Part shown: positions 1-13,640 of the stretch, one piece after another
Numbering within the stretch: the first letter of the stretch is position 1
How the letters are laid out: each line of letters opens with the position of its first letter
DNA from: Octopus vulgaris
Taxonomy: Eukaryota
DNA: 64,000 nucleotides
Assembly: GCA_951406725.2 (NCBI GenBank)
Contig: OX597819.1
Coordinates: forward strand, 99,386,001-99,450,000
Direction of reading: 5' to 3'
Translations under genes and position numbers: made by a program
Notes under the pieces: generated by a model
Database searches by the model: none
Seen by the model: the letters and a program-made list of their open reading frames with translations, nothing else
What the model was told of the DNA's origin: nothing

Positions 1-922
1 GATAAGCAGCTTGATGACAACTTGACTTATTACTATGGGAACAGGCAATATTAATAAATATGCCTATGGCTTTCGATTGGATAAAATTATCCCAAATTTG
101 CAAACTTTAATAGTTATCAACTATTTATATATTGATTTATGGCGACGATCAATGGCATTTCAATAATTAGCATACAAAAGTACATCAATACATCAAATCT
201 GAAATCAAGCAAACTTGAAGCAATTGAAAAGGGGCAGACAAACAGAAAAGAACCATAATATTTATAATAGCCATGGAGCCATTAATTCGACAGGCATATT
301 TCTTGAGGTAAATTCTGCATTATTTTTTATCGGATTTCCTTGTCGTTTCGACTTTTACACCAATCAAAAAGTTATGTTGGATTAATGGGCAGTACTTAGA
401 AATTCTTGCAAACTGCTAGATAGATGAATGTAGTGATACAGCAGGAACTTGAGAGGGATAGTTTTGTTCGTTGTTTACATATCAGTGCAGGTGAACATTT
501 AAGGTGGGAAAGAAAAAGAAAAAGAAAAAGAAAAGAAAAGAACAGGGAGCTGTATTCAGTCAAGTGTATGCTGTCAACTGAGCGCGGACAGGAAGATAGG
601 AAGAATGAAAAAAGATACAAGAACTTGGGAATACGGGAAAAACAGAAAAGGGAAAACATACACTGTATTATGGATAAGAAATATTTAGTTGATAAGAGAA
701 TAATCCCCAACCCATGTTTCTCTAATAAATAGACAAAAGCTTTAAATAAAACGGTAAGTAAAACTTTGTTCTTATCATTAATAGTTTCATCCCAATACAA
801 CTCACGATTTTATCTCCTACCATTTCTTTTAAGAATTAAGAATTTTAATACGAGAAGATGGAATAAACAAGTTTGATGAACATCTATATTCAATGATAAT
901 TTTATTTTCTTCATTCGGTCAG

Positions 923-1039
923 ATATAAATGAATGTCTAACGAATACAATATGTGAACACAATTGTACAAATACCAAGGGCAGTTTCGAATGTTCGTGCC
1001 GGTCTGGTTATGAACTTTTTAATAATACACGATGTGAAA
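923..1039 (+). CDS. Exon 1: calcium-binding EGF
   Basis: cag|AT..GAAA|gtaggt; (D)[38 protein letters not shown]; 117 nt, phase 1-1. Confidence 0.92.
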
Positions 1040-1158
1040 GTAGGTATCACTCCCATACTCGTTCTTATTGCAAGTGCATTTTCTTTTGTAAACATGTTCC
1101 TATATAAAGTTTTCATATATATTATGTATTTGTAATGTAATTACATATATTAATGTAA

Positions 1159-1274
<116 letters not shown>

Positions 1275-1683
1275 GTATTTCAAAATACAAAATTACCCTT
1301 TAACAGGTAATTTTTACTTGCTAGAAATAGCAGCCAACACGGCCAAAAACCACAATTTTATAGCAAATTTCGAAGTAGATGAAAAATAAAAAAACTTTAC
1401 TTTGTTATTTAACGGTAATGCCATGGATTCAAATTTCTTTAGCAAATAATATTGCTTGCCATTTTTTAATAGATAATTTAGCAAGACCATATTATCTACC
1501 AGGCGAATTCTCGTCAGTAACCGGCCTTAACAACTAACTTATAATTCAGAGACAAGATAACACGTGTCCCATCATTATATGTTATAATTTTTAAAATACC
1601 GCGCGCAGGCACATTTACAGTCAGCAATAGATACAATGCCGAGCTGAAACTTCGAGAATGCTAAGAACATATTCATAAGGTAC

Positions 1684-1770
<87 letters not shown>

Positions 1771-1777
<7 letters not shown>

Positions 1778-1929
1778 AACACAATTGTACAAATACCAAG
1801 GGCAGTTTCGAATGCTCGTGCCGGTCTGGTTATGAACTTTTTAATAATACACGATGTGAAAGTAGGTATCACTCCCATACTCGTTCTTATTGCAAGTGCA
1901 TTTTCTTTTGTAAACATGTTCCTATATAA
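1771..1929 (+). pseudogene. 5'-truncated local copy of exon 1 plus its donor (copy of 949-1107)
   Basis: 159 nt match with one substitution (TGT>TGC); begins directly out of a (TA)n tract with no adjacent AG acceptor. Confidence 0.85.
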
Positions 1930-1930
1930 T

Positions 1931-1986
<56 letters not shown>

Positions 1987-3455
1987 ATAAATAAATAGAT
2001 AGACAGAAACAAAGGTGATTTTATAATGTAAATATGACTACCAATGGCTCATAGTTTCAGGTCTGGTTTTATTATGACTACGATAGTTTCTGTCCCTTAG
2101 GAAATAGTTTCCTGCCTAGCTTCATTTCCGAGGTCTACTCGTCTTTTATTATCGGAATTACTTTGTTTCTACTCGAATGTAGACACAATAATTTTGATAT
2201 ATTCAAAATACCAAGTATTCGAAAACGAAATTTGCAATTGAACCAGTGTATTTTTAGATATCAAGCTAATATTAGGAAAACTGGTATATATTATTTATTG
2301 ATTGTAGTATTATTAAAGAGTTATTTAAAAAAAAAACTATTAGACAATTTTGAAAACTGATCCACAGTGGAGTCTGGTATAGCTTTAAGAGCTATTTTGA
2401 TATCAGAAAAACTAAAACTGTATGCATAACGCAGCAGTTGTTTTGTGTAGACGATTCGCTACAGGGATCATCTAAAAAAGAAATAATATTAAAATAGTTC
2501 TTCGACTGAATTATATTTATTTAATGAAGACTTTTCGATAAAATTGCATCGTTAATTCGGAATCACAGAGAAATTAAACAGTCAATATATGATGTTAAGT
2601 GATCCTTAAACGTTTAAATATGCTTTTGAAAGACACAAACATCTGTTGAAATAATTGGACCTTTATTTATAGATCAGCAGTACATACACGTTTTGATAGA
2701 AAAATTTTACAAATTTTGAGAAACCGTGAAATAGTACTTTTTATGCAATATCTCGAAACACATATAAAGCTTTACATAATAGCATGTAAATAAAAGTTTG
2801 GAAACCCCTTTTGGATTGAAACAGTGAAACACCTGTCATGCTTACAAATGTGTCCCACTACCAGTCTTTGTTTTTTTCTGTCCCAATGAGTTTCTTTTCA
2901 TCCCAATATTTACAAGCTATTATTTATAGCTTTATGTATTTTCTTCGAGATTTTCCAGAAAAGTTTTAATAAATATTTTGGATAATTCAATCAAACTGAA
3001 AATATGGTAAGCGTCAATGAGTCAACAATTAACTGGCACTGTCAGTTACGAAGACGATTTTTCGAGCTGATCCAAACAATTCATTTTTGCCAAATGCGCT
3101 GATTAGAATAACGTATTTTGCTGAAGTACACAACGCGCTATCGAGAATGAAACTGACGACTTTACGATCATGAAGCAAATAATCTAAGTACTAAACCATG
3201 GGCCTTTCCTACGAGTCAACAATATTACAAATATTTCAGAATTCCCAATGAAATATAGCGCTCTAATAATTTATGAAACATGATTACGACAATCATTGAT
3301 CTAATACCAGAGCTATGAGTGACAATAAAGATAAAAATGTTATTCTTTCTTCTCTCTGGGCATCAATCAAAAAGGTAATCATAAATAAATTTAAATCTCA
3401 AGTAACAAAATTTAAAGTGAATGAATTTAATTTCGAGATTTTGCCTCAATTTCAG

Positions 3456-3590
3456 ATATCAATGAATGCAATCTCAACATTCATAATTGCAAACAATTGT
3501 GTAATGATACCGAAGGTAGTTATACCTGTGATTGCTACGAGGGATATTCATTACAAAGCAATGGCAGCTGTACAAAGCATGATGTTCCAA
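3456..3590 (+). CDS. Exon 2: calcium-binding EGF plus linker
   Basis: ttcag|AT..CCAA|gtaaga; NINECNLNIHNCKQLCNDTEGSYTCDCYEGYSLQSNGSCTKHDVP; 135 nt. Confidence 0.92.
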
Positions 3591-3694
3591 GTAAGATATA
3601 TTACTGTTCTATGCAAGTTTTCCCTTATTTTTCAATTTAATGAAGTTCTTGTCAAAGGAAGCAGGACTCGAAATCTAATAGAATCTACTAGCAA

Positions 3695-3774
<80 letters not shown>

Positions 3775-5197
3775 GAGGGACAGACAGAGAATTACACAAT
3801 TTCTAATGAATTACATTTTGACTCAAGCTCATCCATGTGAGGAGTCAGATTTCGAATGAAAATTGTATGATAGTCTGAGTAACGCTTGTGTGCGTGTATG
3901 TTTATATCTATATATATGTATATGTCTGTGTGTGTGTGTGTGTGTGTGATATGTATATATGTATGTATGTATGTATCTATCTATCTAGCTATCTATATAT
4001 TTACATACACAAACATACACACACACACACACACATATAGATACATTTCGTGTCTCTCTCAAACTCGGTTTGTGACTCAATAACAATACATAACAAACTA
4101 TCCAAAGGAATGTCACTGAATAGATAGAATATCTGTTTGAATTTTCATAGATATTGTCCATGGAGTAAATCGTATTCCACCCAACCAAGAGCAGAAATAG
4201 TTTAGATGTCACCTTCGCACAAAAATAAAACAGGTACTTGCATTCTATACGGTGAAAGTAACGCTGACGATTTTCTCAGACGGAAACCTAATTGAATTTG
4301 TGATATATATGTCCCAGGGAAATTTATAGATTTGCAGTCTGAGGGAATAAATCGAGCTCCACCCACATCGAACTTTTACAAAACAAAGTAAGAATCCATT
4401 CAAAGAGATTTTCTTGACAATAAATAACAGGTAAATTTCTCTATCCAAGAGAAATATAAAACCTTGAGCAAATTTTTCATTAATTCAAGCTTTAAAATTT
4501 TACCCAGAAAGATCTCTAGAAAGAAATCTAATTCCCAGAGGAATGAAGTGTTTTATTTTTTTAAACGGGCGATAGAACGAATGACTCAAATCACTTCAAT
4601 AGAAAACTGAAAGACATTAGAAAAAATTCCGTCTTAAAAGTGACTTCCTAGAAATATTACACAAAATGAAACATTCCAATGAAAAAAGATCAGGAAGAGA
4701 ACCTAGGCTGTACATATATCATAAACGAATTTTAAAGATTTGTTTATATTTTCTGAATTGGCAGCTACAGAATTATACAAAATATGGTCAGTTTTCTTGG
4801 AAGATAGCTCAACATTTACTGTAAATGACAAAAGGTTTCATAGAATACTAAATGAGCTGTTTGAAGGCCTCTATTGTACATTTGCAAGTATATAAGATAA
4901 ATACTTTGGCGCCATAACCTCACACAATGAAGTATTGTTTAACTCTTCATAAAAGTGTAAGATGTGATATCGACCATAGATATAATGAGTTAAATTCAGC
5001 AAATGACATTGACTGATTGTAAGTGTGGCTAATGATTCGAATCACCAGCACCTAATTAAACAGTGGAGAGTTGTTAATTACTTTGGTGCAGGGGTTATTT
5101 AGGCCATCTAAGGAGAGCGTGTGTGTATGCACGTATGTGCATTTACATAGGCTATATATGTAAATACAAGATTTTTATGGTTTACTTTCTATCGCAG

Positions 5198-5314
5198 GTA
5201 ACTCTGTTTGTTTTAACAAATGCAATGGAACTGCTGGGTGTCGAGTGGTGAACGGACAACCTGTGTGTTTTTGTAATAGCGGTTACACTTTAAAAGATAA
5301 TTCCGCTTGTGTTG
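5198..5314 (+). CDS. Exon 3: EGF-like
   Basis: cgcag|GT..GTTG|gtaagt; SNSVCFNKCNGTAGCRVVNGQPVCFCNSGYTLKDNSACV; 117 nt. Confidence 0.9.
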
Positions 5315-5516
5315 GTAAGTAATAATTACTATAGAAGATACTGCATTGTATATGTTATATTCTACTGTTTGCTGTCCACATCACATTTATGAGTATAATT
5401 TCAAAATATAGATATGCTATCATTAATTACTGCAGCATTCCACGAAGGTATCAATAATTGCGACCATTAATGTTTCGTTGTATTTTGGGATAAAAAATCT
5501 AGATATATATATACAT

Positions 5517-5599
<83 letters not shown>

Positions 5600-5660
5600 T
5601 TGAATATTGTTTTTCACAAATACCCGTTCAATAAAATGCTCTATTCACTCTACATTTTAG

Positions 5661-5774
5661 ATACCAATGAATGTCTGAATAATCCTTGTGAAGATACATG
5701 TACTAACCTTAATGGCACATTTGAATGTAGCTGTCCTCCCGGGAAAAAGGTGTTCCAATCAACTAAATGTGTTG
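5661..5774 (+). CDS. Exon 4: calcium-binding EGF
   Basis: ttttag|AT..GTTG|gtaagt; DTNECLNNPCEDTCTNLNGTFECSCPPGKKVFQSTKCV; 114 nt. Confidence 0.93.
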
Positions 5775-6182
5775 GTAAGTGTATTTCTGCTAAGATAATT
5801 ACTTAATGGAATCAATCTACTATACCACAATATATAAAATTTATATTAAGTTCAGCTGTTATTATTTTCGTTGTTTCATTATTTATATGCTAATATGTTC
5901 CAGTCTTTCATTATGTTCTTTCTATAATATTTCTGCTACGTATTCCATGTTTTTATCATTACTGCTCCTCATGCAATTTAACATTGTGGGTGTCTCTGCA
6001 TATTTTCTTGATATTATTTTTGCTATAAAAAAATGTCATTTGCTTAAAAAAAATCAAATATTTGTTTAAATTTAACTTTATTTCGTAGTCTGTAACTTAT
6101 AAATTCATGAGAGTAATATTTCATATATATTTTATTATACTTTTATATACGTTATATATTTTTATTATACTTTTGTCGGCAG

Positions 6183-6437
6183 AGTGTGATGAAAATCATT
6201 TTGGTGACAAATGCGAAAGAGATTGTAACATATGTAACGAGAAATCAACTGAAAGATGTGATAAAGTAAGTGGATGTATCTGCAATGAAGGTTGGAAAGG
6301 TAGCACATGCGAAACAGATATTGATGAATGTCTAAACGCAAGTGTCTGCTCTGCCAATGAAATTTGTGAAAACCAAAATGGAACTTACGAATGCAAATGT
6401 CAAAAAGGGTACAGAAAGGAAGAAAATACGTGCTTAG
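6183..6437 (+). CDS. Exon 5: laminin/MEGF-type EGF plus calcium-binding EGF
   Basis: ECDENHFGDKCERDCNIC..CDKVSGCICNEGWKGSTCETDIDECLNASVC..CKCQKGYRKEENTCL; 255 nt; donor gttggt. Confidence 0.92.
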
Positions 6438-6528
6438 GTTGGTATTAATTTTGAAATTTTATTGAGATTTATTTGTTCGTTTGCTCCTTACGGTTGGTGC
6501 AAAGGTATTTATATTTCAACTCTTATAA

Positions 6529-6670
6529 GGGCGGCGAGTTGGTAGAATCATTACCACTCCAGACGAAATGCTTAGCGGTATTTCATCTGCCGTTACATTC
6601 TGAGTTCAAATTCCGCCGAGGTCGACTTTGTCTTTCACCCTTTCGGTGTCGATAAGTTAAGTATCAATTG
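6529..6670 (+). mobile_element. SINE family B (head ggcggcgagctggcagaatcgttagc..gagttcaaattccgccgagg); other copies near 14945-15343(-), 30296-30530(+), 40851-41070(+), 44490-44705(-) and 58995-59195(+)
   Basis: Dispersed repeat in both orientations with Pol III A-box-like and B-box-like (GAGTTCAAATTCC) motifs; boundaries approximate. Confidence 0.8.
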
Positions 6671-6715
6671 AGCCTATAAAAGAAAGGATTATTATTATTA
6701 TTATCATCATCATCA

Positions 6716-6822
<107 letters not shown>

Positions 6823-7231
6823 GCGTAAGAGAAGTGCACGCCATCAAAGTGAGATTGGGGTAAAATATATGAAGTCCACTATACCCATCATGACTAGGAT
6901 AAACCAGGAAAATGCATCACAAACATGTGTGAGCGACATGGAGATGTCATATCAAGATAAACAGCGCATGACCTTGCAGGTGGAGCCCAATTAGAATCTT
7001 CTTGAGGTCGAGAAGCCCACCCCACTCAAAAGGTCCTTGAATAAGGGTTGTTTAAGTTCCACGTGCACTATGTTTATAACACTCACTTGCCGAGACACAC
7101 TCAGCGTCCGACGGCGAGTAAATGATAAGTGATGACATTTCAATTGATAGGGCTTTTCTAAGGATGCGGATGTTATCTACATGTTTTTGACATCTCTTTT
7201 TATCATACATAGGGCACCCATTATTATTATT

Positions 7232-7326
<95 letters not shown>

Positions 7327-7464
7327 CTTCAATTCTGTTTTCATTTCTTGTTGAGTGTCTTCCTGACAACTTGGGCAGAGAAATGTATTGTATACATTGT
7401 ATGCTATTAAAACAAACACACCAGATTGCTCATTTATATGGCCTACCATTGTATATTATTATTA

Positions 7465-7539
<75 letters not shown>

Positions 7540-8139
7540 GTAAGAGCAGCAGTATTAGTAGTGTATATTATATTATTCCTTCCATTGATATATATCAGTG
7601 AAATATCCAAAACTGTTCAACATATACTCTGTGTCTATTTTTTATTGCGATATCCAAAATAGGCGCAGATTTCTTACCACGTTTTAAGCTATCCATTAGT
7701 TTATAAATGTAAGTCAATATAAGAATTCCCTTACGTGTTGTGCAAAATGTCATTAATAAATTTCAAGTATCTTGTTTCTTTCAAAAGAAAAACCTGAATC
7801 CGGTCGGAAAATCATTTCCAAAATTCTCCATATAAAGAACTATTTCAATTTGGAATAATCTGTGTAATCCAAAACTAGACGTAACATTAAGAAAGAAAAT
7901 TTTTAAGGTGTTGGATTTTCATTAGTATAACACAAGAAGTTATGTTGTCGGTATTGTATTCAAATGAAATATATCAAGTGAAGCAGTGTGAAGAGAGGAA
8001 ATACTGTTAATAAATCAAGTCTCCACAACTTACATTTTCTTAGAAGTAAAAATCTTGTAAGGGTTTGTTTCAATAATTGACATGTTTTGCCATACTGCCT
8101 TTTTAATATATTACCAACTGAATTTATAAATTTTTACAG

Positions 8140-8259
8140 ATATTGATGAATGCCAGGAGACATCTAATAGTTCGTGCCCACAGGACTGCGTAAACTATGC
8201 GGGTGACTATGAGTGCAAATGTCAAAGTGGCTATGAAGGGAATGGAACTACCTGTGAAG
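8140..8259 (+). CDS. Exon 6: calcium-binding EGF
   Basis: ttacag|AT..GAAG|gtaaga; DIDECQETSNSSCPQDCVNYAGDYECKCQSGYEGNGTTCE; 120 nt. Confidence 0.93.
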
Positions 8260-8997
8260 GTAAGACAGACTACTATATAGCGCCCCAACTAGTCTTCTAA
8301 ACAATAATTGTTGTAAAATGTATTTGTCTTGTAGAATGTTTGCCGCTGGCTGCGAACTTTTAGTTTTCCAGTAATCAAAAATGCTGTTTGAAGAGCTAGA
8401 CATATTACAGATAAACTACCAAGTTTACCAAGATGGTAGGCATCAGATGAGATGTTTGGGGTCCACTTTCCCCTATTCAACAAAATATTCTTTCAGCATT
8501 AAAATTATGTTAAATGTGTTTATAGAATTTGCTTATACATATTGTTTCTGCAAATACATTTAGTATGTTATATCACATGTAGAATATAGAATTTACAATA
8601 AAAACGAAACAAACAAAATACAAAAGATTATGAGAAAATATATTTGTATGAAAACTCCCAGCAAATGTGTGCAACGTGTGAACGTGCAATGCTAATGATT
8701 TACAATTTCTGAGTAAAAATGTGAATATTAAAGAAGTTGATTAAGATAGAATCTATCTGGAACAAGTCTACGATAAATGGAAACATCGCATATACCAGCT
8801 TAGCCTAGCAAGGAATATTGTGTATTAAATGTGATGAAAAGGATTATTATCTCCATGATGAACTTCTGAGAAGAGAAATATTTTACATGAAAGGCATTAA
8901 ATTTAATAGCGTGTCCGTATTTGGAAACAGATTTAACATATGTTGCCTATAGACATTTCATTATTTACCTATATAATATGTTGAAATATTTATTCAG

Positions 8998-9129
8998 ATA
9001 TAGACGAATGTGCAAACAATGTTGATGGCTGCGTACATACATGTGTAAACACGGACGGATCATTTTATTGCGAATGCTTCTCTGGTTACAAGTTGAATAC
9101 AGACCGCAAGAATTGCACCAAAGAGAAAG
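8998..9129 (+). CDS. Exon 7: calcium-binding EGF plus linker
   Basis: ttcag|AT..AAAG|gtactg; [44 protein letters not shown]; 132 nt. Confidence 0.92.
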
Positions 9130-9246
9130 GTACTGGAATTTAGTTAAATATTTGAAATTAATTAAATATAAATAAAACTCTATTCCTCCATACATACACA
9201 CACATATACATACATACATACATACATACATAAATACATACATACA

Positions 9247-9277
<31 letters not shown>

Positions 9278-11382
9278 GTACATTGGTAGTCACTCATAGA
9301 CTAAGAAAGAAGGTACTAAAATTTCTTGTTGAACGTCATGCACAAACCAGGAGCTTATAATGATAAAATATTAGTGTTGTACATCCTACGGGGCCTTCCA
9401 TCAAATCGACGTTGCCTGAACAAATACACGTTGTACTAGACGCCAGATATCGAAAAGGTCTCAGAACTACGCGTGATGAAGTATTTTACCGATAGACATA
9501 GCGCACCACCAAGTCCGGGAATAGAAACCATAATCTAGTGATCGTGTGCGTAAGATAATAACCACCAGGTCCTATATATATCATCCATGCTTTAGGTGAT
9601 TATATAGTTTCGAGAAAATGTGCATACCATCTCACTTCTCACTCACTTGCCCCTGTGTCCAACTATATCCGACCTGTCATGCTTACTAATCACAGAAACA
9701 TGACATAGTCTACACACGCAGTTGCTTATTGGTATTAGCCTACACATGCGGTTGCAACTTGGGATTAGTAGAGTGTCACTGTCTCGCTTGTTCACCAGGT
9801 ACTTTGAGTTTCGCTTGTTCACCAGGTACTTCTGTTTCGAGATAGCTTTCAAAGTGTGATGTGATATAGTGGTTTCGTATCCAAAAAAGCCTGCGCTTCG
9901 TGTCAATTCTGTCTTCTTCAAGCTTCCAGGCAACATACCCATGCATAGTCATTTTTTTTGTATGATGAGTGCTTTCCATTCAAGCCTTCTCTGAGGTAAG
10001 ATAGCCCAGGTGCTTTGGGACTGTATAGGAGATCATCAGGAAGAGAATGTTTCTTGAGGATTCGCTGCCAACTCATACAATGTTGCTCACGTCACTTTTC
10101 AGGACTGCATTAATATATTTATTTTTGCTGCTGTTCTTTAGCAAATACTGCATGGGTGACACCATACGGCATTCGAAGGCCGTCTGCACTGATCTCAGGT
10201 AACTAGCACCTATTAGCAATTTCTTGCTAATAGAGTAAGAGCCGGTTTCTAACATACATCCCAAACTCTTTCATTAAAAATCCAACAATATCAACAGTGT
10301 ATTCTTGCAAGTATACATATGTGCAATATTTGGAGTCAGTGTATGTGCAGCTATGTATGTTTTGCTTTATATATATATGCTCATTGATATAGTTGCATGT
10401 CGAGACATGCGCATATATACTTAAATGATAAATTTCTGGAAACTCTTACACATTTTTACAGTTCCAGTGATTGCTTAGAGCTGTAGTCTTCAAATTTGCT
10501 TTCTTCTCTTTGGTTTTCAGAAGCTTATTTCTCAAGATTGGTACTTAGGCAGTGTGTTACATAACTAAGTGCTAAATAATTACTAGTCTTAATGATAAAG
10601 AAACTCTAGCAGATGTTTGTTTGTTCCCGAAATATCTCAGAAATAGTATATTCTATCTTAATTGGGTTTTTTGTTTGCATATATATTTTAATACGCAGTG
10701 CAGTATGATGCTTCGTGATAGTTGGACCTCTATTTATTATTGAAAGCAATAAAATAATTTTCATTTGTTATTTCTTGATGACAAAAACATGCCTTCTGTG
10801 ACGTCGACGCATATACACGTATGCAGAATACATTCACATAGGAATATTATAGCGTGTGATTCAACACAAATACGCGTACACTATCTGTGACATATACACA
10901 CACATAGTCTTCGTGCACTCGCTGCATCACTCTCTAAGAAACAAAACAAAAGCAAAAAAAAAAAAAAAACGACATTCACCCCTTCCTTTCTCATTCATAT
11001 GTTGTGACGGAGAAAACACAAGAGTATTATTATAGCAGAAAGAATGTTTCTATTTTCTCTTTTGTTAAACACAATATTTTAATCATTTACAAATATTTTT
11101 AAATGAATGCGATTTCGAGAATGTAAGTTGTTTGTACAGTAAATATTTATATTTTAGCTTTCTTTAAACAGATAATATTTTAATGTTTTCTAAATTATTT
11201 TCAAGTGGATACCATTACAAAAACTTTCTGATATGTCTAAAAATATTTTAAAATGAAAATGCCTTTAAAAATACGGTAAATATTTCGTAAAAGACTCTTT
11301 CGTAATGTCGATGTGAAATATGTATGTGTGTGTGTTTGTGTGTGTGTGTATATGTATTTATATACACACAACCAAACTCCCC

Positions 11383-11468
<86 letters not shown>

Positions 11469-11513
11469 TAAGTATACTGCTTATTGTAATATGTTAATAC
11501 TTTGCTATCATAG

Positions 11514-11633
11514 TTATCGATAAATGCCTGCCTCTGAATTGCTCCGACACTTGTGACGTAAATAATGGAACAGCATCCTGTCAGTGCAAGAAGTTTTACG
11601 AACTTGATTCAACAACAAACAATACATGCATAG
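11514..11633 (+). CDS. Exon 8: EGF-like
   Basis: catag|TT..ATAG|gtaagt; [40 protein letters not shown]; 120 nt. Confidence 0.9.
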
Positions 11634-11710
11634 GTAAGTCCTATCTCATGTTGTATTTTGTGTTACGCACTCCTACACACCTACACATACACACATGTAT
11701 ATTTATATAC

Positions 11711-11976
<266 letters not shown>

Positions 11977-11987
11977 TTATATTTATA

Positions 11988-12044
<57 letters not shown>

Positions 12045-12308
12045 CAAAGAGAAAGAATATCCATCAATTATTTAAGCAACTACGCGTTTCTCAAACACAT
12101 TGGCATAACCAAGTTCTTGCATATTAACGTCAGAACATTCAATTGATCCCATACTTGAGCTAATAAAATGTTAGAGAGAGGAATTTATTTTCCTTGTGTT
12201 CCCAGTAAAGCTATCCTTTTTATTATTCTGTTATTATAAACATGTACACACAGAGACAGATACAGACACAGACACACACACACACAAACATATATATAGA
12301 TATGCATA

Positions 12309-12369
<61 letters not shown>

Positions 12370-12427
12370 AGCCTATGAAGTCTTTCATTGCTTATTCTCT
12401 GTTCTATGGATAAAATATTTACAAACC

Positions 12428-12589
12428 GGCGCAGGAGTGGCTGTGTGGTAAGAAGCTTGGTTCCCAACCACATGGTTCTGGGTTCAGTACCACTGAGTAA
12501 CGCTTTGGGAAAGTCTCTTCTACTATAGCCTCGAGCCGAACAAAGCCTTGTGAATGGATTTGGGAGACGGAAACTTAAAGAAGTCCGTC

Positions 12590-12592
<3 letters not shown>
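12428..12592 (+). mobile_element. tRNA-derived SINE family A (head ggcgcaggagtggctgtgtggtaag..gggttcagt); other copies near 36735-37268, 45190-45490(+), 51506-51921(-) and 52665-52750(-)
   Basis: Multiple dispersed copies with A-box (TGGCTGTGTGG) and B-box-like motifs and an internal microsatellite; resembles octopus SINEs from recall. Confidence 0.85.
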
Positions 12593-12647
<55 letters not shown>

Positions 12648-12890
12648 TTATCTTATAATAAACTATCTTTAATACTATTTGATAGTTATATATAATTATA
12701 TAAAAAAATTATAAATATAAATATAAATATATATATAAATATAAATTAATAATTTAAAATCTAAATAATTTAAATTATAAATTTTATATTTTATATATTT
12801 TGTAAATTATATTAATTATTTTAATTTTTATGCTTTGGTTTATGTTTTTTACTGTTTGATTTGCCTAATAGTGATTTTATCTCTAATTTG

Positions 12891-12946
<56 letters not shown>

Positions 12947-13082
12947 GTATGTATGTACATATATGTATGTATGTATATATATGTACGTATGTATATATAT
13001 GTACGTATGTATATATATGTATGTATGTATATATATCTATGTATATGTATATGTACGTATGTATATATATATGTATGTATGT

Positions 13083-13116
<34 letters not shown>

Positions 13117-13132
13117 GTATATATGTATGTAT

Positions 13133-13169
<37 letters not shown>

Positions 13170-13309
13170 CCTATATGTATAAATATATATATGTATATAT
13201 ATATATATATATGTACATACATACATATATATGTATGTATATGTATGTATACTTTGATACTTTGATAGGTTTCGGCCATTATTGGCCCAGGCCATGTCTA
13301 ACTTAATAG

Positions 13310-13640
13310 CACCACCTGGTGAAGTCTTTCAAGTCAGAATTTGGGCACTATGGCCCACTCAAGTAGAGAGTTATTGTTTACAGAGACATATCCGGGTGTA
13401 GGGGGTTTATCCGAGATTTCTTGATGGAATCTGTCCAAAGACTTCTTGAACCCTATAGGGCCAGTTTCTGTTTTAATGTGTTTTGGTGTAATGTTAAAGA
13501 GAGCGGGGCCAATTGAGGTGAAATAATTGTGCCGTATTGTTGTTATGAGATGAGAGTGCGATTTTTGTTTTGGGCGGATGGCACGGGGCCCAAGCCTTGG
13601 ATGTACCTTAAAGGTGATGCCAACATCATTTGGGCAATAA
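13310..13640 (-). mobile_element. 3' fragment of a non-LTR retrotransposon ORF2
   Basis: ORF 13334-13675 contains GPALFNITPKHIK..FKKSLDRF, typical of LINE ORF2 C-termini. Confidence 0.6.

Noticed and set aside
9640-10260. Possible minus-strand LINE remnant
   Set aside because: Motifs are too degraded to assign with confidence
12428-12500. tRNA-like A/B-box sequence
   Set aside because: It is the head of a multi-copy SINE, and no convincing cloverleaf is visible
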